From assembly GCA_963665615.2 (NCBI GenBank), contig CAXXQE010000001.1, positions 389,151 through 453,150 on the forward strand: 64,000 bases of DNA. Direction: 5' to 3'. Source of the DNA: Syntrophales bacterium. GTDB lineage: Bacteria > Desulfobacterota > Syntrophia > Syntrophales > UBA4778. Below the pieces are notes generated by a model. It did no database searches. It was not told the origin of the DNA and saw only the letters and a program-made list of their open reading frames with translations. A program made the translations under genes and the position numbers. Each line of letters opens with the position of its first letter. Position 1 is the first letter of the stretch. This document shows, one piece after another, positions 50,305 to 59,279 of this stretch.

Positions 50305-51003
50305 ATGAGCAGACAACATATCCTCGTGGTGGACGACGAGTCTGATATTCTCGAATTGGTTGCCTATAACCTGTCGGCTGAGGGCTTTGAGGTGACATGC
50401 GTTCAGGAAGGGAAGGCGGCGCTAAAGGCCGTGTTTGAAAAGAGACCGGACCTGATTTTACTGGACTGGATGCTGCCAGGGATGACAGGGCTGGAGATAA
50501 CGCGACAGTTGAAAAGCGATCCCCAGACAACCCATATCCCCGTTATTATGCAAACTGTCAAGGGTTCTGAGACCGATATCGCCCTGGGGTTGGAGATGGG
50601 GGCGGATGACTATATCACCAAACCCTTCAGCCCCCGTGTTATGGCGGCAAGGGTGCGGGCGGTCCTGCGCCGGGCGGCCGTCGCTGAAACTGCAGCAGAT
50701 GACAGATCGGTGATACGGATAGGTAACCTGGCCATCCATCCAGAGCGCCATGAAGTTATTCTGGATGGTCATCCGCTTCGGCTTACCTTGACGGAGTTTC
50801 GTCTTTTGGCCTCGCTGGCTTCTCGCCCGGGCTGGGTCTTTACGCGGAATCAAATCGTCGATGCCATCCGCGGAAGCGACTATGCCGTCACGGACAGGTC
50901 GGTTGATGTTCATATCGCCAGCCTTCGCCGTAAACTTGGGTCACACGGCCACCTGATCAATACGGTGAGAGGGGTGGGTTACAAGTATGATGCCTCTCCG
51001 TAG
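50305..51003 (+). CDS. OmpR/PhoB-family response regulator (PhoB/PhoP-like)
   Basis: LVVDDE, LLDWMLPG, GLEMGADDYITKPFSPR, winged helix DRSVDVHIASLRRKL...TVRGVGY. Confidence 0.93.
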   Translation: MSRQHILVVDDESDILELVAYNLSAEGFEVTCVQEGKAALKAVFEKRPDLILLDWMLPGMTGLEITRQLKSDPQTTHIPVIMQTVKGSETDIALGLEMGADDYITKPFSPRVMAARVRAVLRRAAVAETAADDRSVIRIGNLAIHPERHEVILDGHPLRLTLTEFRLLASLASRPGWVFTRNQIVDAIRGSDYAVTDRSVDVHIASLRRKLGSHGHLINTVRGVGYKYDASP

Positions 51004-51590
51004 GATGCAGACCGAGCAGATCGATCTGTGGCCGGCAGGAGGAGTCTGACCGTTGTTCCTCCAAAGAAAGTGTTTTCCACCTCGACCCGACCGCCGTATC
51101 TTTCGATCTCGGCACGGACGAAGGCCAGTCCAAGACCCGTCCTGCATTCGCCGGCGTGATACATTAAGTCGAAAATTTGATCGATGTGTCCAACCGGCAG
51201 TCCTGTGCCCATATCTGTTATGGAAATGCAGATGAAGTCTTTTTCTCGCGGATGGCATGCGGCAGGCGCGCGCGGATTTTTTATAGCCGGCTTGTTCAGG
51301 GTTTCTATAAAGAGCGCACCTCCTGCGGGCATGGACAGCCAGGCGTTGGTGAAGATGTTCAGCAGGGCCCTTTCCAGAATGCTTCCTTCCATCGTCAACG
51401 TCGTCCATAGGTGCTTTTGCAACCGATGATGCACGGCGATCCCCTTGCGTGGCCCGTTGAAGCTCCCGATACTTCTCAGTACCAGATCGTTCAGATCCAA
51501 TGGATCTATGTTGGTTGGATATTGATGTTCGGTGTAAATATGATGATAGCCTGTTTGTTTCGCTGATAATCCGTTGTCTGTGATATTCAT
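50979..51590 (-). CDS. Stand-alone HATPase_c domain protein (no HisKA or sensor domain)
   Basis: N-box ALLNIFTNA, ITDMGTG, IF, TGLGL, GGRVEV; no H-box; ATG at 51590 after AAGGA (ORF open from 51644). Confidence 0.75.
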   Translation of the reverse strand: MNITDNGLSAKQTGYHHIYTEHQYPTNIDPLDLNDLVLRSIGSFNGPRKGIAVHHRLQKHLWTTLTMEGSILERALLNIFTNAWLSMPAGGALFIETLNKPAIKNPRAPAACHPREKDFICISITDMGTGLPVGHIDQIFDLMYHAGECRTGLGLAFVRAEIERYGGRVEVENTFFGGTTVRLLLPATDRSARSASYGEASYL

Positions 51591-51657
51591 GTAATCATCC
51601 TTTCTTCTCTTATCTATTTTCGGTGGTTGCTTTATACGCCTCAAATATAAAGGTCGT

Positions 51658-51684
51658 GTTAACGGGGGATGAAGAGATCGTTAA
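51658..51684 (-). promoter_or_regulatory. Putative PhoB-type boxes upstream of the HATPase gene
   Basis: Minus strand TTAAC-N6-TTCAT-N6-TTAAC, 11-bp period. Confidence 0.6.
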
Positions 51685-51750
51685 CTTCCGGAACCGAATT
51701 TTTTTACGCATACTGCCCCTGAGCATGACCAGCCACGCCATCGCTGTCCT

Positions 51751-51788
51751 TTCATGATTCTTTCATGGCTCGCTCATCATTCCTTAAC
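51751..51788 (+). promoter_or_regulatory. Putative PhoB-type boxes upstream of the porin gene
   Basis: TTCAT (51751), TTCAT (51762), CTCAT (51773), TTAAC (51784), 11-bp period. Confidence 0.65.
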
Positions 51789-51856
51789 AATCTCACGTTA
51801 CAGTCCGCCCAACATGAAAATGAAGTGCACAATAATCTTACGAAAAGGAGAAGAAG

Positions 51857-53101
51857 ATGTTCTGGAAGAAAACACTTATTGTCCTCATGGTGTTAAGCGG
51901 TTTTGCGTTCGGAGGAGGCGCCATGCAGTTGTGGGCAGCGGATATGGACAGTGCAGCGCTGATTAATCTGTTGAAGAAGAAAAATATCATTACGGAACAG
52001 GAAGCGGAAGCGCTGGTCAAAGAGGTCAAGGCAGAGAAGGAAAAAGAAAAGGCGGAAGTGGTCAAAGCCGCCCAGGCAGTCGCCCTTCCGGATGCGCTCA
52101 AAGGTTTCAAGTTCAGCCCCACGGTCTTTGCCGAGTGGAACAACACCAAGCCGGACAATGCCGCATCGAGCAACCAGTTTGCCATCAACCGGGCCTATCT
52201 GATGCTCACCAAGGACATCAATGACTGGCTGTCGATGAATCTGACGGCCGATGTCACCAGCTCTGCTCAGGGAACCCAAGGCTGGGAATTCAGGATGAAG
52301 TATGCTTACATCAATTTAAAATACCTTGGCACGAACACCCTGTTCGGTCTGATCCCCACCCCTTCGGATGCTTACGATTCAGCCATCTGGCCTTATCGCG
52401 TTCAAGGGAAAAACTTGCTTGACGACCTGGGCATCCAGGCGTCGGCTGATTTCGGTATTTCAAATGCCGGATACTTCGGCGGCGTGATGGATGACGATTA
52501 TCTGAAATACACTTCCAAGGCATTTGCGGGCAAGTGGGGTGGCTGGATGATCGGACTCTACAACGGACCGGGCTATACGACCACTGAAGCCAATAACAAC
52601 AAGGTCGTTTCCGGAACGGTCTATGCCCGTCCGATGCCTACGGTTGATTTCTTCAAGGGGCTGCAGCTTGCCTATACCGGCTCCTACGGCAAGAGCAACA
52701 ATACCTCCGCGGCGGGCGTGACCACCGACTATCCGGACTGGCAGGCCAACATCGTACAGGCCTCGCTGCAGCGTCCGATGTTTACCATCATGGGACAGTA
52801 TTACTGGGGAAAGGCCACGGCAACCTCTACAGAAGAAAACAAGCGCAGGGCCTGGCTTGTGGATGCTTTCATGCGCATTCCGATGCTGGAGAAGGCGAGG
52901 ATCTTCGGAAAATACTATAACTATGATCCGAATGCCGATGCCGACAATGACCAGCAGACGACCTATGTTGCCGGTCTCTCCTATGATCTGAGCAAAGAGC
53001 TAATGCCCTTCATTGCCTGGGAGCATCGCTCTTACGACACCCAGACGTCTTCTCTGAAAGACTATGACAAGGTTCAGGTCGGCTTCCAGCTAAAGTTTTG
53101 A
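51857..53101 (+). CDS. Outer-membrane porin-like beta-barrel (possibly phosphate/anion-selective)
   Basis: Signal peptide, LINLLKKKNIITEQEA coiled N-terminus, F.INRAYL, KYAYI, alternating beta pattern, C-terminal VGFQLKF. Confidence 0.75.
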   Translation: MFWKKTLIVLMVLSGFAFGGGAMQLWAADMDSAALINLLKKKNIITEQEAEALVKEVKAEKEKEKAEVVKAAQAVALPDALKGFKFSPTVFAEWNNTKPDNAASSNQFAINRAYLMLTKDINDWLSMNLTADVTSSAQGTQGWEFRMKYAYINLKYLGTNTLFGLIPTPSDAYDSAIWPYRVQGKNLLDDLGIQASADFGISNAGYFGGVMDDDYLKYTSKAFAGKWGGWMIGLYNGPGYTTTEANNNKVVSGTVYARPMPTVDFFKGLQLAYTGSYGKSNNTSAAGVTTDYPDWQANIVQASLQRPMFTIMGQYYWGKATATSTEENKRRAWLVDAFMRIPMLEKARIFGKYYNYDPNADADNDQQTTYVAGLSYDLSKELMPFIAWEHRSYDTQTSSLKDYDKVQVGFQLKF

Positions 53102-53318
53102 GCATTTCCCCTATGTACCCCCCCCCCTCAGCGAAACGGGGCCTTCACGCGAAGGCCCCATCGCCGTCTCCGCTTTGCGTTTAAGATCAACAGGAGAAGT
53201 GTGGCAATTCATGTGTGCGATGTCGAGATGACTGCAGAATGGCGGTTATGCGTCAGCAGAATCTGGGGCAGGAATGATGTCAGTGATGCCTTCCGGCATG
53301 GATGGTTTGAACGAGCCC

Positions 53319-53352
53319 AAAAAAACGGGGAAGGCTTAAAATGCCTTCCCCG
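53319..53352 (-). terminator. Rho-independent terminator of the spy/zraP-like gene
   Basis: Minus strand CGGGGAAGGC-ATTTTAA-GCCTTCCCCG-TTTTTTT. Confidence 0.8.
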
Positions 53353-53381
53353 ATCAATTTACAAAGGATCGATGAGTTGGG

Positions 53382-53858
53382 TCAGTAGATGGTTGTAGTG
53401 GAAGGGTGAGACATGGCGGTCGTATCGTGAAGTGCAGTATCGGAGCTGCTACGGAAGTAGCCCCTTTCCAGGCCATAGGACGGCAAAAGCGACTGTTGTT
53501 CCTTGGTCAGGATACGCCGCAATTCCATTCGATAGGTGGCCATTTTTTCGTGAAGTTTTCTCTGGAGCTCCTGGATTTCCGTTTGCTTTTCCTTTAAGAG
53601 GCTTTTTTGTTCGGGGCTGTTGAGCGTCAACAGGCTTTTTAATTCATTGAATTTTGCAATCAAACGGCTACGTAGGGGTTTGAGATCGTTCCAGCGGTTC
53701 TGGCGCAGGGTCTGAATCTGTTGATGCTGCTCTCTGGTGAGGTTTAAAGAGTCCTTCCCGGTAGACGCCGTTCCTTCAGCGGCGACGGCAGTTGCGGATA
53801 CGCACAGGGCTCCTGTTAGGATCAACAAAGGAATCAGGGTACTCCATTTCTTCATCAA
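53382..53858 (-). CDS. Periplasmic Spy/CpxP/ZraP-family protein
   Basis: Signal peptide; LNLTREQ and RILTKEQ (LTxxQ motifs). Confidence 0.8.
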   Translation of the reverse strand: MMKKWSTLIPLLILTGALCVSATAVAAEGTASTGKDSLNLTREQHQQIQTLRQNRWNDLKPLRSRLIAKFNELKSLLTLNSPEQKSLLKEKQTEIQELQRKLHEKMATYRMELRRILTKEQQSLLPSYGLERGYFRSSSDTALHDTTAMSHPSTTTIY

Positions 53859-53892
53859 CTACTCCCCCTTTTCACGATTTTTGCAGAAAAAC

Positions 53893-53908
53893 TGCAGATC
53901 TTATGCCA
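53893..53908 (-). promoter_or_regulatory. Sigma-54 (-24/-12) promoter of the spy/zraP-like gene
   Basis: Minus strand TGGCATAAGATCTGCA = GG-N10-GC, 35 nt before the start. Confidence 0.8.
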
Positions 53909-54096
53909 TTGCAATCCTGTCAACGTAAGTCAGTCTTATTGCATAAGATTAAAGATTTCGCAAGCGAATTGGTTTGGCAATATTTGTCGAAAAGAAAAGG
54001 AAAAATTTGTTAAAATCTTTTAATATTCATTAGATATGCTAAATTTGACCCCAAAGGTAACGATTGAAAAAAATGTCGAAAAATTGCCGAAAGGTA

Positions 54097-54214
54097 TGAA
54101 CCCGGTAGTGAGCGTATGCCTAACAGCTTGCTGCGGGGCAAGCGAGCGAATCATGATAAAACATCTTCATTTGGAATCGGAGATCCTCCGGAGCTTACTC
54201 CGGTCGGCCTTCAA
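54097..54214. repeat. Dispersed repeat family A copy
   Basis: CAGCTTGCTGCGGGGCAAGCGAGCGAATCATGATAAAA...GGAATCGGAGAT..CCGGAGCTTACTCCGG...TTCAA. Confidence 0.78.
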
Positions 54215-54303
54215 ATTTCAAAGAAAGTCCATTCATTGCGATCATGCATTGATTCTTTTTGAGCCAGATGATATTAAAACAGAACCTCGAGGGAGAGTCT
54301 TTC

Positions 54304-54750
54304 ATGAAGTATACTTATATTTGGGGTGTGTTTTTTTTCATAGTGTGTTCTTGTGCCGTCGAGTCCGCTTGGGCCCAGCTGGAGCGCGCTTCTAAAGCGC
54401 CACCGCCTAGCGCGCTCCGGGAGGTTCCTGGACAGGACTTCAGCCTGACAGAAGATCAGCAACTGACGATTCGCCGTGTTAAAGCCAACTATCTGATGAA
54501 GGTTGTCCAGCTCCGCAGTGAGCTGGCGGTCAGCCAGCTTGAATTTCGGGGCATGGTCGGCGATCCCGCCATAACCGAAGAGGCCCTCCGGAATAAGGGG
54601 CGCGAAGTGGAAGCGATCAACGGTCAGATCGTCAGAGAGATGATTAACTACGAAATTGAGATTAGGCGGATCCTCACGCCGGATCAACTCAAAGCGTGGG
54701 GCCGCAGCGTGGATTACCCGGTGCAAAAGAAGTGGGGTAAAAACCCGTGA
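54304..54750 (+). CDS. Periplasmic Spy/CpxP/ZraP-like protein (second)
   Basis: Signal peptide; SLTEDQQ and RILTPDQ motifs; overlaps the kinase start. Confidence 0.8.
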   Translation: MKYTYIWGVFFFIVCSCAVESAWAQLERASKAPPPSALREVPGQDFSLTEDQQLTIRRVKANYLMKVVQLRSELAVSQLEFRGMVGDPAITEEALRNKGREVEAINGQIVREMINYEIEIRRILTPDQLKAWGRSVDYPVQKKWGKNP

Positions 54751-56516
54751 GTCGGGAAAAGAAAGCACGGCCTAAACGACTTTCGAAAAACACAAAACAT
54801 TTTCTTCAGCCACTGGCGCTGGTTTTTATCAGCGCCGTCTTTATTCTCCTGGTTCTTGTTACCAGCGTGATGGATTTGAAGCGCAGCGACAGGACGTTGA
54901 TCGGATTCATGCAGAACCGGGGATTCGACATTATCGCCAATATCCAACGCAGCGCCCAGAGCAACTATACCATCCTCTTTCAGCTTCCCGGCAACATGCA
55001 CAGTGCGGAACCCGTTTCACCCTTTGCGGAGGAAAGTTTTCTGCCCCAGGAAAGACTGACGCAAGAACTGGTAGGACTGGGACAATATATTGATCGGGCT
55101 TGGCCGCCGAATCAATTCGGCAGAGAGGATGCCGTTAGGCTCGCTCAGGAGGAGCACCTCCAGTTTATCGCCATCATTAATCGTCATAGTCAAATCAGCC
55201 TTCAGACCGGACCTGTTCCCCGTGCCATTTTGCGTCAGGCCGCTCCCGTTATCGAAGGACAAAAAGACATTACGATCGAACTTTTCGACAAACGGGGAGA
55301 AGTTGGGAGAACGGGATTTATCGCTATTCGTAAAAGCGCTGGTGTGGGGACCATTATCATTGCGCTCGATCAGAGCGGCTTTCAGTTCTGGGGGCAACGG
55401 GTGGCTATCCAACGTGCTATTGAAAGCACCGGTTGGGGCAAGGACATCCTCTATCTGACCGTCATGAACCGTGAAGGTCAACTCCTCGATTATGCGGGCT
55501 ATATCGATGATGCGTGGAAAGCAGAGGCGCTGAATGATCTGAAAAGGAGAACAGACACCACCGAGAACACCTATCGGAAATTAACTTACCAGGGTAGAGA
55601 CGTCCTTGAAGTGATAGGTCCGATTAAAATCGGAGATCAGATCATCGGAACTGTGAGAGTCGGCTTAGATCGTGTGCACGCCGACCAACTCCTCAGCGAG
55701 TACCGTACCAGCATGGTCATCTCGATGGCAGCCATCATGATTGTCGGGGTTATGTCGATATGGCTGCTCTTTCAGAATCAGAATCGCCATCTGAAAAAGA
55801 TTGGCGAGATGAACAAACGGCTGCAACGTTCCGAGCGCCTGTCATCTCTGGGGCAGCTTGCAGCCGGGGTGGCGCATGAAATCCGCAACCCGCTGAATGC
55901 GATCAGCATGGCCAGCCAGCGGATGCAGCGCGAATACCTCCCGCTTCTTGAAGAGGAGCGTCGCGAGCCCTTTAAGCAGTTGACGGGCGTCGTTCGCGAC
56001 GAGATCCGCCGTCTGAACGCGATCATCGAGGAGTTTCTTACCTTTTCGAAGACAGACCGACTGGAGCTGCGGGATTATCCGATTGAGGAGGTTCTGCAGA
56101 AGATCGCTAATCTGGTTGAGGAAGAGGCCCTCGCCCGAGGGGTTTTGATTCGCCGGGATTGGAATAGCACGCGTTCCATAGTAGCCATGGATATGGATAA
56201 ACTTCAGCAGGCATTTTTAAACTTTATCAAAAACGGCATCGAATCGATTTCCGGTCAGGGGGAAGTGAGCATCGGTGTGCACCACACGGAAGACCATGCG
56301 GTGCTGGTTCGGATTACCGACACGGGCATGGGACTCAAACCCGATGAAATCGAGCGAATCTTCAATCCCGAGTATACGACCAAGGAGCAAGGCCTCGGCC
56401 TGGGGTTGTCGATTGCCCATGAAATCATACGCGCTCACGGCGGCGACATCCGTGTTCAGAGTGAGCGAGGCGTCGGCTCCACCTTTGAGGTGCGACTGCC
56501 GCTGAAGTCCATTTAG
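54747..56516 (+). CDS. Membrane sensor histidine kinase (ZraS/HydH-like)
   Basis: Two TM segments, LGQLAAGVAHEIRNPLNAI, DTGMG, GLGLGL. Confidence 0.93.
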   Translation: MSREKKARPKRLSKNTKHFLQPLALVFISAVFILLVLVTSVMDLKRSDRTLIGFMQNRGFDIIANIQRSAQSNYTILFQLPGNMHSAEPVSPFAEESFLPQERLTQELVGLGQYIDRAWPPNQFGREDAVRLAQEEHLQFIAIINRHSQISLQTGPVPRAILRQAAPVIEGQKDITIELFDKRGEVGRTGFIAIRKSAGVGTIIIALDQSGFQFWGQRVAIQRAIESTGWGKDILYLTVMNREGQLLDYAGYIDDAWKAEALNDLKRRTDTTENTYRKLTYQGRDVLEVIGPIKIGDQIIGTVRVGLDRVHADQLLSEYRTSMVISMAAIMIVGVMSIWLLFQNQNRHLKKIGEMNKRLQRSERLSSLGQLAAGVAHEIRNPLNAISMASQRMQREYLPLLEEERREPFKQLTGVVRDEIRRLNAIIEEFLTFSKTDRLELRDYPIEEVLQKIANLVEEEALARGVLIRRDWNSTRSIVAMDMDKLQQAFLNFIKNGIESISGQGEVSIGVHHTEDHAVLVRITDTGMGLKPDEIERIFNPEYTTKEQGLGLGLSIAHEIIRAHGGDIRVQSERGVGSTFEVRLPLKSI

Positions 56517-56595
56517 CGGACTGTTGACCGGGAGCGCATTTCCGCAAGGGAGGCGCAATCAGGAAACAACATAGTTCCTTACCGATAAAGCTAAA

Positions 56596-56720
56596 GGCTG
56601 TTACAAAAGGCTCATATACTGCATTGCGCTTCGGCCTTCCCCGACCGCGCCCTTGGGACAGATCCTTGTCTCTAAGCCTTTTTGAGCAGCCCGTATGAAC
56701 GGTTTTTTAAAAACCTTGTT
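56596..56720. repeat. Dispersed repeat family C
   Basis: GGCTGTTACAAAAGGCT...AGCCTTTTTGAGCAGCC imperfect inverted repeat; 3' part homologous to 50239-50285. Confidence 0.7.
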
Positions 56721-56747
56721 AGATAACATGAGAAAAGGAAGATCGGC

Positions 56748-58106
56748 GTGAACAAACTGCACATCTTAATCGTGGAAGACGGACAGTCGCAGCGCGAGAT
56801 GCTTCAAGATTTTCTGACTCGAGAGGGCCATGACGTTGCCACGGCTGAAAATGGCGAAGAGGCGATTCGCCAGGTTCAGGAGGCGACCTTCGACCTGCTG
56901 CTGCTGGACTACAAAATGCCTGGGAAAAATGGTCTTCAGGTTCTCCAGGATGTCAAGCAGATCAACCCTGAAATCGATGTCATCATGATGACTGCCTATG
57001 GAACCATCGAGATTGCCGTTGAGGCGATGAAGTCCGGGGCTATCGATTATATTACCAAACCGATCGAATTGGACGCGCTGCTGATTCATATTGAGCGGCT
57101 TTCAGGACGGCGACGGCTGATCCGGGAAAACGAGATGCTGCGTCGCCAACTTCGAGAGCAGGGCGTGACGACCGATCAGATCATCTATCAAGGGCCTAAG
57201 ATGGAGGGGGTGGTCAACATGGCGGGTCGAGTTGCCGCTAGCCGGGCCACCGTCTTGATCCAGGGGGAGAGCGGCACCGGCAAGGAATTGTTGGCCCGAC
57301 TCATTCATCATCTGAGCCCGCGCTCGGAAAAGCCGATGATCGCCGTCAACTGCGGCGCCCTCCATGAAAACCTTCTGGAAAGCGAACTCTTCGGACATGA
57401 AAAGGGGGCCTTTACCGGGGCGGCACGAAGGCGTATTGGCCGCTTCGAGGAGGCCGACGGTGGTACCCTCTTTCTTGACGAGGTGGGCGAGTTGTCTCTC
57501 ACCGTCCAGGTCAAGCTGCTGCGATTCCTTCAGGAACGCGAGTTCCAGCGCCTCGGCGGGAACCAGTCCATTCATGCGGATGTGCGGATTATCAGCGCGA
57601 CCAACAAAGATCTGGAGAGCAAGGTCAAGGACGGCACTTTCCGGGAGGATCTCTTCTATCGGTTGAATGTCGTGCAAATGGGTCTTCCGCCGCTGCGCGA
57701 ACGGAAGGAGGATATCCCCAGGCTGATCGATTTTTTCCTGAAGCGATATTCCGAAGAAAACGGCAAGGACATCAAAGAGGTGAGCCGGGAGGCGAAAGAT
57801 CTTCTCATCAAATACGATTATCCCGGCAATGTTCGCGAATTGGAGAATATCATTGAAAGGGCCGTTGTCATTTCGCGCGATGGCGTTATCACCGTCGATG
57901 ACCTGCCTTTCCGGAGCAGCGCACCGTCGCAGGAACACGACTACGGCGAGGGAACCCTGCGGGGCGCCATCGAGAGCCTGGAGTCCAGAATGATCCGGGA
58001 GGCGATGGAACAGGCCAATTTCCACCAGACGCGCGCGGCCGAGGCGCTGGGGATCAGCGAGAGGATGCTGAGGTATAAGCTTAAAAAGTATGATTTAAAA
58101 CGCTAG
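56748..58106 (+). CDS. NtrC/ZraR/AtoC-family sigma-54 response regulator
   Basis: Receiver [56 protein letters not shown]. Confidence 0.95.
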   Translation: MNKLHILIVEDGQSQREMLQDFLTREGHDVATAENGEEAIRQVQEATFDLLLLDYKMPGKNGLQVLQDVKQINPEIDVIMMTAYGTIEIAVEAMKSGAIDYITKPIELDALLIHIERLSGRRRLIRENEMLRRQLREQGVTTDQIIYQGPKMEGVVNMAGRVAASRATVLIQGESGTGKELLARLIHHLSPRSEKPMIAVNCGALHENLLESELFGHEKGAFTGAARRRIGRFEEADGGTLFLDEVGELSLTVQVKLLRFLQEREFQRLGGNQSIHADVRIISATNKDLESKVKDGTFREDLFYRLNVVQMGLPPLRERKEDIPRLIDFFLKRYSEENGKDIKEVSREAKDLLIKYDYPGNVRELENIIERAVVISRDGVITVDDLPFRSSAPSQEHDYGEGTLRGAIESLESRMIREAMEQANFHQTRAAEALGISERMLRYKLKKYDLKR

Positions 58107-58142
58107 GCTTCAATATTAAATATCGTTCCCGATAGGAATGTC

Positions 58143-58502
58143 ATGAAAAAGATAATGTTACTATTTGTTGTTCTGCTGCTTGCGGGATGCGCCGCGGCGA
58201 AAACGGCGCGGCCCCTTGCTGCTCCGGCGTTACAACCTGTTGAAATAAGCATCGATCCGATCAGCGATACTCGCGCCATATTGAAATACGATCGCGGCGA
58301 GGGTATTGAGAATAACGGTTCGGATAAGGCGGCAGAGGCGATTGCTTCTTTTTGCAAGGGCTCGAAGCACAGGGTACTGGTTAGCGGAGAGCGTCCAACT
58401 TACGAAAACCGCATAACAAGAATCATCGTCTTCGAGTGCGAAGGTGAATCGGTTCCAGTCCCGGCGCCGCCAGCCGATCAAACTGTCCCGCATCAACCAT
58501 AA
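58143..58502 (+). CDS. Hypothetical lipoprotein
   Basis: MKK, hydrophobic stretch, then lipobox LAGC. Confidence 0.75.
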   Translation: MKKIMLLFVVLLLAGCAAAKTARPLAAPALQPVEISIDPISDTRAILKYDRGEGIENNGSDKAAEAIASFCKGSKHRVLVSGERPTYENRITRIIVFECEGESVPVPAPPADQTVPHQP

Positions 58503-58555
58503 CCGGACGCTTTGGCATGGCTACCGGGTCGTTCATGGGCTGCCCGGTTTTAACC

Positions 58556-58599
58556 AAAAGACAGGGGCGAACACTCAATCGTGTTCGCCCCTGTCTTTT
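58556..58599. terminator. Bidirectional rho-independent terminator
   Basis: AAAAGACAGGGGCGAACAC-TCAATC-GTGTTCGCCCCTGTCTTTT between convergent genes. Confidence 0.85.
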
Positions 58600-58628
58600 T
58601 TACGACAATGTTTTGCCGACTGCGTCTC

Positions 58629-59279
58629 TTAGAGTCCCTTCATCGTGGTGACGGTCGGGCTAACGATCACCTTCGCTTTCGTCTTGGCGATGACGTCCTC
58701 GACGGTGACGCCGGGAGCGGTTTCATCCAGGACCAGACCCTCGATGGTGACACGCATGACGCCCAGTTCGGTGACGATCATGTTGACGACACCCTTGCCG
58801 GTGAGGGGAAGGTCGCAAATGGGCACGATCTTCGACTCACCGTCTTTTGAGCAGTGTTCCATGCCGACGATGACCTTCTTGGCGCCGGAGACCAGATCCA
58901 TGGCGCCGCCCATGCCCGGAACCATCTTGCCCGGGACCATCCAGTTGGCCAGGTTGCCGTGCCCGTCGCACTGCAGGCCGCCCAGAACGGTGGCGTCCAC
59001 ATGGCCGCCGCGGATCAGCATGAAGGAGGTAGCGCTGTCAAACATGGCTGCGCCTGGAATCATCCCCACCGGTTTGGCGCCGGCATTGGTCAGATCCGGG
59101 TCAATTTCTCCGTTTAACGGCGCCAGGCCGACAAAACCGTTCTCCGACTGCAGGGTAATATGAACATTGTCCGGCAGATAGTTGGAAACCATGGTGGGGA
59201 GTCCAATCCCGAGATTGACGATATCCCCGTCTTTGAGTTCCTGAGCGATTCTTCTCGCGATAATTTCTTTAGCATCCAT
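58629..59279 (-). CDS. atoA: Acetate/3-oxoacid CoA-transferase subunit B (AtoA/CtfB-like)
   Basis: VNLGIGLPT, QSENG (catalytic Glu), RGGHVD, GMGGAMDL; start coupled to the upstream stop (TAATG). Confidence 0.88.
   Translation of the reverse strand: MDAKEIIARRIAQELKDGDIVNLGIGLPTMVSNYLPDNVHITLQSENGFVGLAPLNGEIDPDLTNAGAKPVGMIPGAAMFDSATSFMLIRGGHVDATVLGGLQCDGHGNLANWMVPGKMVPGMGGAMDLVSGAKKVIVGMEHCSKDGESKIVPICDLPLTGKGVVNMIVTELGVMRVTIEGLVLDETAPGVTVEDVIAKTKAKVIVSPTVTTMKGL

Noticed and set aside
53118..53127. Poly-C tract as a phase-variation site
   Set aside because: It lies downstream of the porin stop codon, next to a terminator-like hairpin, not in a CDS or promoter
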